DNA of 63,740 nt, the filler included, from Octopus bimaculoides (Eukaryota): NCBI RefSeq assembly GCF_001194135.2. It is 7 parts of 7 records of this genome, joined end to end, with 100 filler letters (N's around TTAATTAATTAA, not from the genome) between each part and the next. Parts side by side here need not be neighbours in the genome. Positions count along the whole stretch, not along the records: positions 1 to 25,319 come from NC_069007.1; 6 more parts are not named here. One strand, given 5' to 3'. How positions within the stretch are numbered: the first letter of the stretch is position 1; each line of letters starts with the position of its first letter. Below the pieces are notes generated by a model that ran no database searches, had not been told where the DNA came from, and saw only the letters and a program-made list of their open reading frames with translations. The translations under genes and the position numbers were made by a program. Below are positions 1-11,270 of the stretch, piece by piece.

Positions 1-330
1 ATATATATATATATATATATACAATCTACGTGTTAACCCCGTGGAATATGGATGAAAGACACTGCGACACAGAATAATGATGATGATGATGATGATGATC
101 TTGATAATAATAATTGTCAATATATACCAAAAATTCAATACTAACCCCGCCACACACAAACACACACGCACAAACACAAATACACACACAAACGCACTCA
201 TATACATACATACACACACATATATACATATACATATATACACACACACACACACACGTATATACACACACACACATGCATTCCTACTCACTCACACACA
301 CACACACACATATACACTCTATTGCTCTCT
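1..330. repeat. Compound microsatellite tract (TA)n/(ATG)n/(CA)n
   Basis: Simple repeats read directly; the overlapping ORFs are translated repeats (HTHT, YIYI). Confidence 0.9.
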
Positions 331-594
331 CAGTGAAACTGAATCAAGCACGCACATATCCACGCCGAAAGATCACGAGAACCGCTGCTAACTTTAATGT
401 AGAAAGTACAAAAAAACAGACTCGGATTAAACTGTTCTTGGAAATAATTTTACCTGTTGCACAGATGGAAAATGTTTACCATTCTGGAGTATTTTAATGC
501 CATGGAAATATCTTACATGTTTGCGATTGCAGAATTGGAATCTTTTTGAATTTTTCCTGGATTAAGTAAATGAAAATATTTTGAGAAAAGAATG

Positions 595-746
595 TACATA
601 CATACATACATACATACACACACACATGAACATATATACATATATATGTACAACATATACACATAAATATATATGCATATATATATGCATATATATATAT
701 GCATACATATGCGCGTATATATGCATATAAAGCTATACATGCATTC

Positions 747-798
<52 letters not shown>

Positions 799-923
799 NN
801 NNNNNNNNNNNNNNNNNNNNNNNNNNNNNNNNNNNNNNNNNNNNNNNNNNNNNNNNNNNNNNNNNNNNNNNNNNNNNNNNNNNNNNNNNNNNNNNNNNNN
901 NNNNNNNNNNNNNNNNNNNNNNN

Positions 924-989
<66 letters not shown>

Positions 990-1190
990 GATATACATAC
1001 ATATATATCATATATATGTTACGTAGATATACATATGTATATATATATATTTTGATTTCTGTATTTACATGTATGTTGCTATATATATTTGTGTGTGTGT
1101 GTGTGTGTGTGTACATGAAAATAATACATATATATATGTGTGTACGCGTGTACAGACACACATACACACATATGCATATGCGCGCACACA
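595..1190. repeat. Compound (TA)n/(CA)n/(TG)n microsatellites around an N gap
   Basis: Simple repeats read directly; gap at 799-923. Confidence 0.9.
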
Positions 1191-1674
1191 TCAGTGTCGT
1201 ACAAAAATTCGGTCGTCAAGGCTCGGCGGCCAAAGTTACTCCTGGGTCTGTCTATCTTCATTAGCACTCATTATCGATTAGGCGTCCGCTTGGGTCCTCG
1301 CGCACTTGCTCCCCTCACCCCGCTCGAGTTTACTCCCCCACCCGCTCTTTCTTACCACGCCTCTGCATACATACATACATATATATACGTATGCATACAC
1401 ACTCACGTGCACACACACACATACACGTACATACATATATATGTGTATATAATTTTCTGTCATGCACTCGACAAGAGCACTGTTGTTATTTGTTGGATGG
1501 TTTTGGTTTTAGCAGAATCACAGGATCAACTTTGTGCATCGCTGTTCAATACTTCTGTCTGGCTTTCACAGTTTTATATGTAAACGATTGCTGATGTTTT
1601 TGTATATGCATGCATACATACATACCAACATATATACAAATACTTGTACATGCATGCACAAATTACATGCGTTC

Positions 1675-1734
<60 letters not shown>

Positions 1735-1934
1735 NNNNNNNNNNNNNNNNNNNNNNNNNNNNNNNNNNNNNNNNNNNNNNNNNNNNNNNNNNNNNNNNNN
1801 NNNNNNNNNNNNNNNNNNNNNNNNNNNNNNNNNNNNNNNNNNAATATTAAGTATTATTTTGTGAAAATGTTATTTACCCAGCATAAAAGTCCATCTGGTC
1901 TGGACATGGTGATGTGTTTACATGTTAATAAGAT

Positions 1935-2011
1935 CTATCTCTCTATCTATCTATCTATCTGTCTCTCTGTCTATCTATCTATTTATCTGTTTCTCTGTCT
2001 ATCTGTCTGTA

Positions 2012-2048
<37 letters not shown>

Positions 2049-2220
2049 TTATCTATCTGCCTGCCTGTCTGTCTGTTCGCCTGTCTGTCTATCTGTGTGT
2101 CTGCCTGCCGTTCGTCCGCTCGCCTGTCTGTCTGTCAGTCTGTCTGTCTGTCTTTCTGTCTATCTATTTTATGTATGTATGTATATATCTTTGTGTGTGT
2201 GTGTGCATTGTCTGTCTGTT
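1935..2220. repeat. (TCTA)n/(TCTG)n tetranucleotide tract
   Basis: Simple repeats read directly. Confidence 0.9.
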
Positions 2221-2934
2221 GTTCATTTGCTTATATTATATGCAAAAATGCTAATATTTGTGGGAATTGAAACACATCATCATCATCATTATTATTATTA
2301 TTATTATTAAATAATCAAAAAATTGGCTACGATAAAAAAAAAACAAACAAACAAATACCCACCACCATCACCATCACTATGAACATATAACTTTGAGGCT
2401 GCAAAACTCAACAAAAAAGTCGGCTAATTCCACCCGCATAGTGATACATGCATACATAGACATGTATGTGATGTAAAAAAAAATGTAGAATAATAATATC
2501 AAAATACAACGATGAAAAGAAGAAAAAAAGCCTAAAAAATATATAAAAATAATTAAATAAAAAGAAACATTGTTTTCTCCAGATTCAAGGGAGAGAATCC
2601 AAACATGAAATGAAGAAAGAAAAACCAGCTGATTTTGTCGGATTGATATTTACGGAGGCGTAGCTTCAATAGATTTTCTATAACTCATCATGTGATGAAT
2701 TCATGTGATTCTTGAAGTCGGAAAAATGAGGAAGAAATAGGAAAAAAATATGGGGAAAATTTGCAAGAAATCCCTCTTCAAGGAACGGAAATTAAGTGTT
2801 TTTCTGTGGTTGTTTATGCCATGAGGGGGTCCGTTTAAGAAGGGGTCGAGGGCGTTAGTTTGCGTTTTGGGGGTCCGGTATTGCGTAGAACTTTTGGAAG
2901 GGATTTCGCCAAGTTCTGTGTTGTTGCCAAAGAA

Positions 2935-3003
2935 CCATACACGCACTCACATAAGTACACACACACTCTCACACAAGTACACACACACACACACACACAC
3001 ACA

Positions 3004-3045
<42 letters not shown>

Positions 3046-3310
3046 CACACACACACATGCACATACCTACATATGCATACACACATGCACACACAGATAT
3101 TCATACAAACATGCATACACGTATATAAAAATGCATATATATATACACTTATACATATAAGTACAAACGCACACACAAACACACAGACATGTATATATGC
3201 ACACACATACAAACACTCACACACATATGTAAAAAATATTCATGCATTTCATACATAGATACATACACATACTAATACATACAAGTACAAACACATACAT
3301 ACATACATAT
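2935..3310. repeat. (CA)n/(CT)n/(TA)n compound microsatellite
   Basis: Simple repeats read directly. Confidence 0.9.
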
Positions 3311-3454
3311 TAATATTATCTCAGTTTTAAAAAACCTTGACAATGTAAATATGTTAATAGTTACCATGGGTAGCAAAAATCACACAAAAAACCAAGATAT
3401 CACAGCCGTTTTATAGGTAGAGATACCAAGTTAAAGTGATGCATTTTGAGTAAA

Positions 3455-3538
3455 TATGAATAATAACAATAAATGGAGCAAAACGCATATAAACTTTTAT
3501 TTATATGAGTTTTGCTCCATTTATTGTTATTATACATA
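3455..3538. repeat. Inverted repeat: 39-bp arms (2 mismatches), 6-nt loop
   Basis: tatgaataataacaataaatggagcaaaacgcatataaa (3455-3493) pairs with 3500-3538. Confidence 0.9.
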
Positions 3539-3542
3539 CATA

Positions 3543-3853
3543 TGTTGGCACTCCGTCGCTTACGACGTCGAGGGTTTCAGTTGATCCGATCAACGGAACA
3601 GCCTGCTCCTGAAATTAACGTGCAAGTGGCTGAGCACTCCACAGATACGTTTACCCTTAACGTAGTTCTCGGGGATATTTAGCGTGACACAGTGTGACAA
3701 GGCTGACCCTTTGAAATACAGGCACAACAGAAACAGGAAGAAAGAGTGAGAGAAAGTTGTGGTGGAAGAGTACAGCAGGGTTCACTACCATCCCCTGCCG
3801 GAGCCTCGTGGAGCTTTAGGTGTTTTCGCTCAATAAACACTCACAACGCCCGG
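3543..3853 (-). mobile_element. SINE family A (tRNA-derived); head lost in gap
   Basis: High identity to the full-length copy at 18060-18448 in reverse orientation. Confidence 0.9.
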
Positions 3854-5373
3854 NNNNNNNNNNNNNNNNNNNNNNNNNNNNNNNNNNNNNNNNNNNNNNN
3901 NNNNNNNNNNNNNNNNNNNNNNNNNNNNNNNNNNNNNNNNNNNNNNNNNNNNNNNNNNNNNNNNNNNNNNNNNNNNNNNNNNNNNNNNNNNNNNNNNNNN
4001 NNNNNNNNNNNNNNNNNNNNNNNNNNNNNNNNNNNNNNNNNNNNNNNNNNNNNNNNNNNNNNNNNNNNNNNNNNNNNNNNNNNNNNNNNNNNNNNNNNNN
4101 NNNNNNNNNNNNNNNNNNNNNNNNNNNNNNNNNNNNNNNNNNNNNNNNNNNNNNNNNNNNNNNNNNNNNNNNNNNNNNNNNNNNNNNNNNNNNNNNNNNN
4201 NNNNNNNNNNNNNNNNNNNNNNNNNNNNNNNNNNNNNNNNNNNNNNNNNNNNNNNNNNNNNNNNNNNNNNNNNNNNNNNNNNNNNNNNNNNNNNNNNNNN
4301 NNNNNNNNNNNNNNNNNNNNNNNNNNNNNNNNNNNNNNNNNNNNNNNNNNNNNNNNNNNNNNNNNNNNNNNNNNNNNNNNNNNNNNNNNNNNNNNNNNNN
4401 NNNNNNNNNNNNNNNNNNNNNNNNNNNNNNNNNNNNNNNNNNNNNNNNNNNNNNNNNNNNNNNNNNNNNNNNNNNNNNNNNNNNNNNNNNNNNNNNNNNN
4501 NNNNNNNNNNNNNNNNNNNNNNNNNNNNNNNNNNNNNNNNNNNNNNNNNNNNNNNNNNNNNNNNNNNNNNNNNNNNNNNNNNNNNNNNNNNNNNNNNNNN
4601 NNNNNNNNNNNNNNNNNNNNNNNNNNNNNNNNNNNNNNNNNNNNNNNNNNNNNNNNNNNNNNNNNNNNNNNNNNNNNNNNNNNNNNNNNNNNNNNNNNNN
4701 NNNNNNNNNNNNNATATATGAATGAATATATATATGTATATATATGTATATATGTATCAGACAGACACACACACTCACACGCATATATGTATCAGGGACG
4801 TGCCGCTAGGTAGGTAAGACAGGCAGTGCCTACCTTGAATAAAATAGATCGATGGCAACATTTTCATTTTAGTGTAAAATATGCACCGAATTCAATAAAA
4901 TTATGAAGGTTACTCTGATTACTCTGCATAAAATACAAAATATTTTATTCTTTTGTAGATTAGGTAGGCATAATTCGCCCCCTGCCATTCAATCTCAGTA
5001 TTTAAGCTACGCATAGTACTGCTGTAGTACACGTGCTGTGTACATTCATACCGCGCTTTCTTTATACGTTATAAAGGCAGAAGTAAATCTGCCTTCAACG
5101 CAGTCACGCGGCTGTTTCGCTTATTTTAAGTGACTTTGTTGCTCTTTACATTATTTTACCGTGGAATGAGTCCATCCACGTTTTTCACTGGTTCAGTCAT
5201 CGCTGATCCAGGATAACACGTACGCTAAATTGTGAAGCATGTTACACATATCACGGATTGGTCTGTGATAACACTGGTCGGTGATTATTCAAAGATTCTG
5301 CTTGGACCGCGAAAGCAATTCTCAGACAACTGGGGGTCTCTGAACGAAACCTTTTTTCTCCAGATCTTTTATC

Positions 5374-5820
5374 TTTTGTTTCAGTCATTAGACTGTGGCC
5401 ATGCTGGTAATTATTCTATCGATCTCTTTTGCCGAACTGTTAACCTACGGGGATATATATATTATTCTATTCTTTTACTGGTTTCAGTCATTTGACTGCG
5501 ACCATACTGGAGCACCGCCTTTAATCAAACGAATCGACCCCAAGACTTATTCTTTGTAAGCCTAGTACTTATTCTATCGGGTTATTTTGCCGAACCGCTA
5601 GGTTACGGGGACGTAAATACACCAACATCGGTCGTCAACTGATGGTGGGGGAACAAACACACACACATATACGACAGGTTTCTTTCAGTTTCCGTCTACC
5701 AAATTCACTCACAAGGCTTTGGTCGGCCCGAGGCTATAGTAGAAGCCCAAGATGCCGTGCACTGGGACTGAACCCGGAACCATGTGGCTGGGAAGCAAGC
5801 TTCTCACCACACAGCGCCTA
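5374..5820 (-). mobile_element. Composite SINE C-microsatellite-E, with a partial extra E segment at 5374-5455
   Basis: C part (5671-5820) matches 57205-57372; E part (about 5470-5655) matches about 17430-17625; joined by a (CA) tract. Confidence 0.8.
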
Positions 5821-6424
5821 NNNNNNNNNNNNNNNNNNNNNNNNNNNNNNNNNNNNNNNNNNNNNNNNNNNNNNNNNNNNNNNNNNNNNNNNNNNNNNNN
5901 NNNNNNNNNNNNNNNNNNNNNNNNNNNNNNNNNNNNNNNNNNNNNNNNNNNNNNNNNNNNNNNNNNNNNNNNNNNNNNNNNNNNNNNNNNNNNNNNNNNN
6001 NNNNNNNNNNNNNNNNNNNNNNNNNNNNNNNNNNNNNNNNNNNNNNNNNNNNNNNNNNNNNNNNNNNNNNNNNNNNNNNNNNNNNNNNNNNNNNNNNNNN
6101 NNNNNNNNNNNNNNNNNNNNNNNNNNNNNNNNNNNNNNNNNNNNNNNNNNNNNNNNNNNNNNNNNNNNNNNNNNNNNNNNNNNNNNNNNNNNNNNNNNNN
6201 NNNNNNNNNNNNNNNNNNNNNNNNNNNNNNNNNNNNNNNNNNNNNNNNNNNNNNNNNNNNNNNNNNNNNNNNNNNNNNNNNNNNNNNNNNNNNNNNNNNN
6301 NNNNNNNNNNNNNNNNNNNNNNNNNNNNNNNNNNNNNNNNNNNNNNNNNNNNNNNNNNNNNNNNNNNNNNNNNNNNNNNNNNNNNNNNNNNNNNNNNNNN
6401 NNNNNNNNNNNNNNNNNNNNNNNN

Positions 6425-6653
6425 CTCCCACACTGCTATAGAGAAGCATCTTCACTCGATAGGAAAGGTTTTTTAGTATGGACCATTGGTTCCGCATGCT
6501 TTAAGTGACAACAACAAAAATCAACGAGCCACAATCTCCTCTGGTTTGCTTGCTCGTCACCGCTCAACTCATGGACACAAGCAACGATTTCTTTACTGAA
6601 TCGTTACTGGCGACGACGAAAAATGGTGCCTGTACATCAATATGAAGCAGCGT
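6425..6653 (+). mobile_element. Mariner transposase fragment
   Basis: Translates HTAIEKHLHSIGKV..LVPHALSDNNKNQRATISSGLLARH..RFLY*IVTGDDEKWCLYINMKQR, matching the mariner WVPHEL and IVTGDEKW motifs; frameshift and stop present. Confidence 0.85.
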
Positions 6654-6654
6654 G

Positions 6655-6915
6655 ACAGACAGATAGATAGATAGATAGATAGATAGTTAGTCCATAGCTA
6701 GATAAATACATAGGTAGGTAGTTAGATAGATAGACAGATAGATAGGTAGGTAGATAGATAGGTTGGCAGGTAGATATGTATAGATATGTAGGTAGATAGA
6801 TAAATAAAAAGATAGTTGGATATATAGATGAATAATTTGTTAGCTAGATAGATATATAGATAGTTGGATAGTTAGACAGATGGATGGATAGATAGATAGA
6901 TAGATAGATAGATAC
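6655..6915. repeat. (ATAG)n/(GTAG)n tract
   Basis: Simple repeats read directly. Confidence 0.9.
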
Positions 6916-7972
6916 CGTATTTGATGACAGAAAAGACACACGGGCGTATTAACAGCATTCCAATTTCAGCAGAGCATATTCAAGATAAGTCTTTAGACAA
7001 AATTTACTTTCGGAAGCCTATTTTCGCACATAAGACCTGGGTTGATGTTTTTGAATATTTATTGCAAGAAAAGAGTGTCTTGGGTACCTTCAAATAAGGT
7101 ACGTTGTCAGTAAGATATTCAGTCACTTCTAAGTTAATTCAATGTGCAGGTAGTTCAGTACAAACAAACATAACGTAACGCATAGAAACACAAAGTGTTT
7201 AAAGATTCAAACGCAGGATACAAAGATGTTTTGTTCGTTTTACAGCGAAGCCGATTTGTGTTTCTTCTCNNNNNNNNNNNNNNNNNNNNNNNNNNNNNNN
7301 NNNNNNNNNNNNNNNNNNNNNNNNNNNNNNNNNNNNNNNNNNNNNNNNNNNNNNNNNNNNNNNNNNNNNNNNNNNNNNNNNNNNNNNNNNNNNNNNNNNN
7401 NNNNNNNNNNNNNNNNNNNNNNNNNNNNNNNNNNNNNNNNNNNNNNNNNNNNNNNNNNNNNNNNNNNNNNNNNNNNNNNNNNNNNNNNNNNNNNNNNNNN
7501 NNNNNNNNNNNNNNNNNNNNNNNNNNNNNNNNNNNNNNNNNNNNNNNNNNNNNNNNNNNNNNNNNNNNNNNNNNNNNNNNNNNNNNNNNNNNNNNNNNNN
7601 NNNNNNNNNNNNNNNNNNNNNNNNNNNNNNNNNNNNNNNNNNNNNNNNNNNNNNNNNNNNNNNNNNNNNNNNNNNNNNNNNNNNNNNNNNNNNNNNNNNN
7701 NNNNNNNNNNNNNNNNNNNNNNNNNNNNNNNNNNNNNNNNNNNNNNNNNNNNNNNNNNNNNNNNNNNNNNNNNNNNNNNNNNNNNNNNNNNNNNNNNNNN
7801 NNNNNNNNNNNNNNNNNNNNNNNNNNNNNNNNNNNNNNNNNNNNNNNNNNNNNNNNNNNNNNNNNNNNNNNNNNNNNNNNNNNNNNNNNNNNNNNNNNNN
7901 NNNNNNNNNNNNNNNNNNNNNNNNNNNNNNNNNNNNNNNNNNNNNNNNNNNNNNNNNNNNNNNNNNNNNNNN

Positions 7973-8247
7973 TGTACCCTTAACGTAGTTCTCGGGGATA
8001 TTCAGCGTGACACAGAGTGTGACAAGGCTGACCCTTTGAATTACAGGCACAACAGAAACAGGAAGTAAGAGTGAGAGAAAGTTGTGGTGGAAGAGTACAG
8101 CAGGGTTCGCCACCATCCCCTGCCGGAGCCTCGTGGAGCTTTAGGTGTTTTCGCTCAATAAACACTCACAACGCCCGGTCTGGGAATCGAAACCGCGATC
8201 CTATGACCGCGAGTCCGCTGCCCTAACCACTGGATCATTGCGCCTCC
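7973..8247 (-). mobile_element. SINE family A; tail lost in gap
   Basis: Contains the tRNA-like head (reverse complement of ggaggcgcaatg..cagtggttagggcagcggactcgcgg..ggtttcgattccc). Confidence 0.9.
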
Positions 8248-8267
8248 ACCGATTTAACGGCAAGGTG

Positions 8268-9030
8268 TCAGAAACGTTAGCACGCCGAGCGAAATGCTTA
8301 GCAGTATTTCGTCCGACTTTACGTTCTGAGTTCAAATGCCATTGCGGTCGACTTCGAGGTCGATAAAATAAGTGCTATTTGAGTACTGAGGTTGAGGAAA
8401 TCAATTTGCTCCTCACGCAAATTGCTGGCCTTATGCTAAAATTTGAAACCATTATTACTAACAGAAAGAAACGTTAGAGTGTCGGGAAAATGTCTTGGGT
8501 TACGTAGTTAAGATGTTTTGCATTCTGTGTTCAAATCCAGTTGAAGTGAACTTTGCTTTCAGCCCTCCTGGGTCGATAAAATAAAGTACCTGTTATACAG
8601 GGTGTCCACAAAGTCTGGTTACATGGGGATTAACTCATACTTTAAGAAATTATTATTTCTTATATTTAATCGTTTATGCTATGATTTGATTTACTGCATG
8701 TACCCAGTCTTTGTGGACACCCTGTATATTGAGATAGTGCAATCGACGAAGTCCTTTCCCTCAAAATTATCGACCTTGTACCTAAACCAGGAATCCTTAC
8801 TGTTATTAGCTAAATAAATAGCAAGCTGGCAGAATCGTTGGTTCACTGGACAAAATGCTAAGCGGCGTTTCTTCCGAATATTTATGTGTGAGTACAAACC
8901 CTTTTGAGGTTAGCTTTATCTTATCCATTCGGGATCGATAAAATGAAGTACTAGTTAAGTACTGGGTGTCAATGTCATCGACTGGTACCCTCCTCATAAA
9001 ATTGCTGGCCTTTCACTAAAATTTGAAACC
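8268..9030 (+). mobile_element. Three head-to-tail decayed SINE family D copies
   Basis: Each carries ttagc..gagttcaaa..gactttgc..gtcgataaaat.agtac..tcgac..aaattgctggcct..aaatttgaaacc, a motif repeated about 18 times in the window. Confidence 0.75.
8598..8724. mobile_element. 127-bp Tc1/mariner-type MITE with ~28-bp TIRs and TA target duplication
   Basis: TA|cagggtgtccacaaagtctggttacatg ... catgtacccagtctttgtggacaccctg|TA (2 mismatches between TIRs); interrupts a SINE D copy. Confidence 0.85.
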
Positions 9031-9041
9031 GTTATTATGGA

Positions 9042-9122
9042 GCTTGGCAGTTGCAGAACATCAGCCTCGCCATCAACCGCGGTAACGTTGCAAGCGTGCT
9101 GGCGTGCCCCGATAGCCATTAG
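9042..9122 (+). mobile_element. C-terminal fragment of a REL-type (CRE-like) non-LTR retrotransposon ORF
   Basis: AWQLQNISLAINRGNVASVLACPDSH* resembles the QRISLAIQRGNAASILG C-terminal motif of CRE-clade elements (remembered motif). Confidence 0.5.
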
Positions 9123-9192
9123 AGAGGTTTCCCAGCGATTAGATAGCCATTAGAGAGGTTTCCCAGCGATTAGATAGCCATTAGAGAGGTTT
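9111..9192. repeat. Perfect 31-bp tandem repeat, about 2.6 copies
   Basis: Unit gatagccattagagaggtttcccagcgatta starting at 9111, 9142 and 9173. Confidence 0.95.
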
Positions 9193-10029
9193 TCTTCTTT
9201 TTCTCTCTTTTTTTTTCAATCGTGTTCTCTGTTTTGTCCTATTTTCTAATTTAATTTTGTAAAACCTTAAACACTGTGAAAGCAATAAAAAATATGAATA
9301 TAAATAAGTAAATCTTTTAAGAAGGTTAAGAAGAAATCAACTCCTAAGTGAACCAGTCCAACTTCCCAGAGCTGTGGGGTAAGCTACTGAAATTTGCTAC
9401 ACGGGCCGAAAACGCCGCTGCGTTTAAAAAGGATTGCAACACTCGGTAGAGTTGGAACCTTATCTGGAACCAAATTACTACTACTACTACTACGGTTGCT
9501 GCCACCTCGTTTTATAGTCCCCTTCGTATAAGATGCTTTCTTTAGTCCATTTAAAAGTAGGTAATAAAGATAGCTGAAAGCAAAATACATCCCATAATAC
9601 TGAAAAAGTCAACGAGAGTAGCCTCCCTTGGATTGCTAACTGCTTAGACAGTTTCTGGCCGTTTTCTGTTTAATTCTTCGCCGTTGAACTGAGCAAAAAT
9701 TCCTTTGGGAATGGCATCAATGTCACAACAGTCATTAGATGTGATTGGCAGGCTCGTTAAAGCATACGGTCATTTAGTGACGGTCACTTAGTCACATTCT
9801 GAGTTCGAATACTACCGATGTCAACATTGTTATGGTTTTCGAAGACCGAAAAAACTATAAGGATAAAATTTTTAATATCAAACCTGTTTTTCTTTACCTG
9901 AAGAACGAGTGCTTTCTGATAGTATTCTGATGGTTTCAGATTCAGTGGAAAATAGAAACGCAATTTATAAATTTCATATTCAAAGAGAAACGGGTCTAAT
10001 AGTTGTTACAAATTTGGCAGAGGGCCAGC

Positions 10030-10212
10030 AAATATCTTAGTGTGTGAGAGTGATAATCAATTATATCAACTCCAGTACTTTATGTTATCGACCCCGAAAG
10101 AATAAAAGGCAAAGCTGACCTCGATAACATTTGAATTCAGAGCTTAAAGATCCAGAAGAAATGCCGATGAACATTTTGTTCGATGCACTAACTATTCTGC
10201 CAGCACGCCGCC
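10030..10212 (-). mobile_element. SINE family D copy (decayed)
   Basis: Reverse-complement match to 43487-43655. Confidence 0.7.
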
Positions 10213-10308
10213 TTAGACGAGTGTAAACAGTGAAAAACTTACCAGATAAAGAATCCGTCAAATATTGGAGTAAATTCAATAATGTAAAAATTATTCTATA
10301 AATTACAA

Positions 10309-10357
10309 TTGGCACTCCGTCGCTTATGACGTCGAGGGTTCCAGTTGATCCGATCAA
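10309..10357 (-). mobile_element. SINE family A 3' tail running into a gap
   Basis: ttggcactccgtcgcttatgacgtcgagggttccagttgatccgatcaa. Confidence 0.85.
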
Positions 10358-10469
10358 NNNNNNNNNNNNNNNNNNNNNNNNNNNNNNNNNNNNNNNNNNN
10401 NNNNNNNNNNNNNNNNNNNNNNNNNNNNNNNNNNNNNNNNNNNNNNNNNNNNNNNNNGTGTGACTGTTG

Positions 10470-10501
<32 letters not shown>

Positions 10502-10601
10502 CCAGAAATCCGTGTTATTTGGTTCAGTCGTCCAGACTTCGGCCATGCTGGGGCCATGCCTTCATGAATTTTGGCCAAACACACCGTGTGTGTTTGGTGT
10601 A

Positions 10602-10895
10602 TGGATCTCCGTCGGTTACGACGACAATGGTTCCAGGTGATCCAATCAACAGAACAGCCTGCTCATGAAATTACCCCACAGACACGTGTACCCTTAATGT
10701 AGTTCTCAGAGACGCAGAATATGACATGGCTGGCCCCTTTGAATTACGGGTACAACCCATTTTTGTCAGCTGAGTGGACTGGAGCCACGTGAAATAAAGT
10801 GTCTTGCTCAGGGACACAACGCGTCACCGGGAATTGAACTCATGATCTTACGATCGTGAGTCGAATGTCTTAACCACGAAGCCACGCGTCTTCAC
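10602..10895 (-). mobile_element. SINE family B (different tRNA head and central domain, family-A-like 3' tail)
   Basis: Head gtgaagacgcgtggcttcgtggttaag..gagttcaattccc (A/B boxes); central ttgtgtccctgagcaagacactttatttcac; tail homologous to family A. Confidence 0.75.
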
Positions 10896-10999
10896 AAATC
10901 CACACGAAAATTTGATTTTAAGTCTGATCCTTATATCGGTTTCTTCTGCTGAACTGCTATTTTATGTGGGTGTGAACAAACCAGTGCGTACACGAGGGC

Positions 11000-11270
11000 T
11001 TCCACACAGTTTCCGTCTACCGAATTTCCTCACATGGTATTTATCGATTCGGGGTTATCCTTTTCTATTCTAGGCACAAGGCCCGAAATTTTGGGGGAGG
11101 AGCCAGCAGGCAACTGGTACTTAATTTATCGACCCTGAAAGGATGAAAGGCAAAGTCGACCTCGGCGGAATTTGAACTCAGAACGTAGCAGCAGACGAAA
11201 TACCGCAGCGGAATAGAACACCAAACCATGCGGCTAGGAAGTGAGCTTTCTAACCACATACCCATGCCTG
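11000..11270 (-). mobile_element. SINE D copy (about 11052-11210) nested between SINE C remnants
   Basis: C-tail-like sequence on the left, C-head-like sequence on the right, and a well-preserved D core between them. Confidence 0.55.

Noticed and set aside
440-560. Possible exon after ttgcacag (WKMFTILEYFNAMEISYM)
   Set aside because: Short, weak donor, no recognisable homology.
1186-1590. GC-richer patch and possible exon (ESQDQLCASLFNTSVWLSQFY)
   Set aside because: No recognisable domain and no consistent exon chain.
26-3260. Many 60-260 aa ORFs ([16 protein letters not shown])
   Set aside because: Translations of dinucleotide and tetranucleotide microsatellites or N gaps; no coding signal.
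4793-4984. Possible hAT-type MITE (cagggacg ... cgccccctg)
   Set aside because: The TIR match is only about 7 bp and there is no 8-bp TSD.
9330-9760. Open frames such as LTSLPITSNDCCDIDAIPKGIFAQF (minus) and a good donor gg|gtaagc at about 9380
   Set aside because: LRR-like look is superficial; no convincing acceptor or homology.
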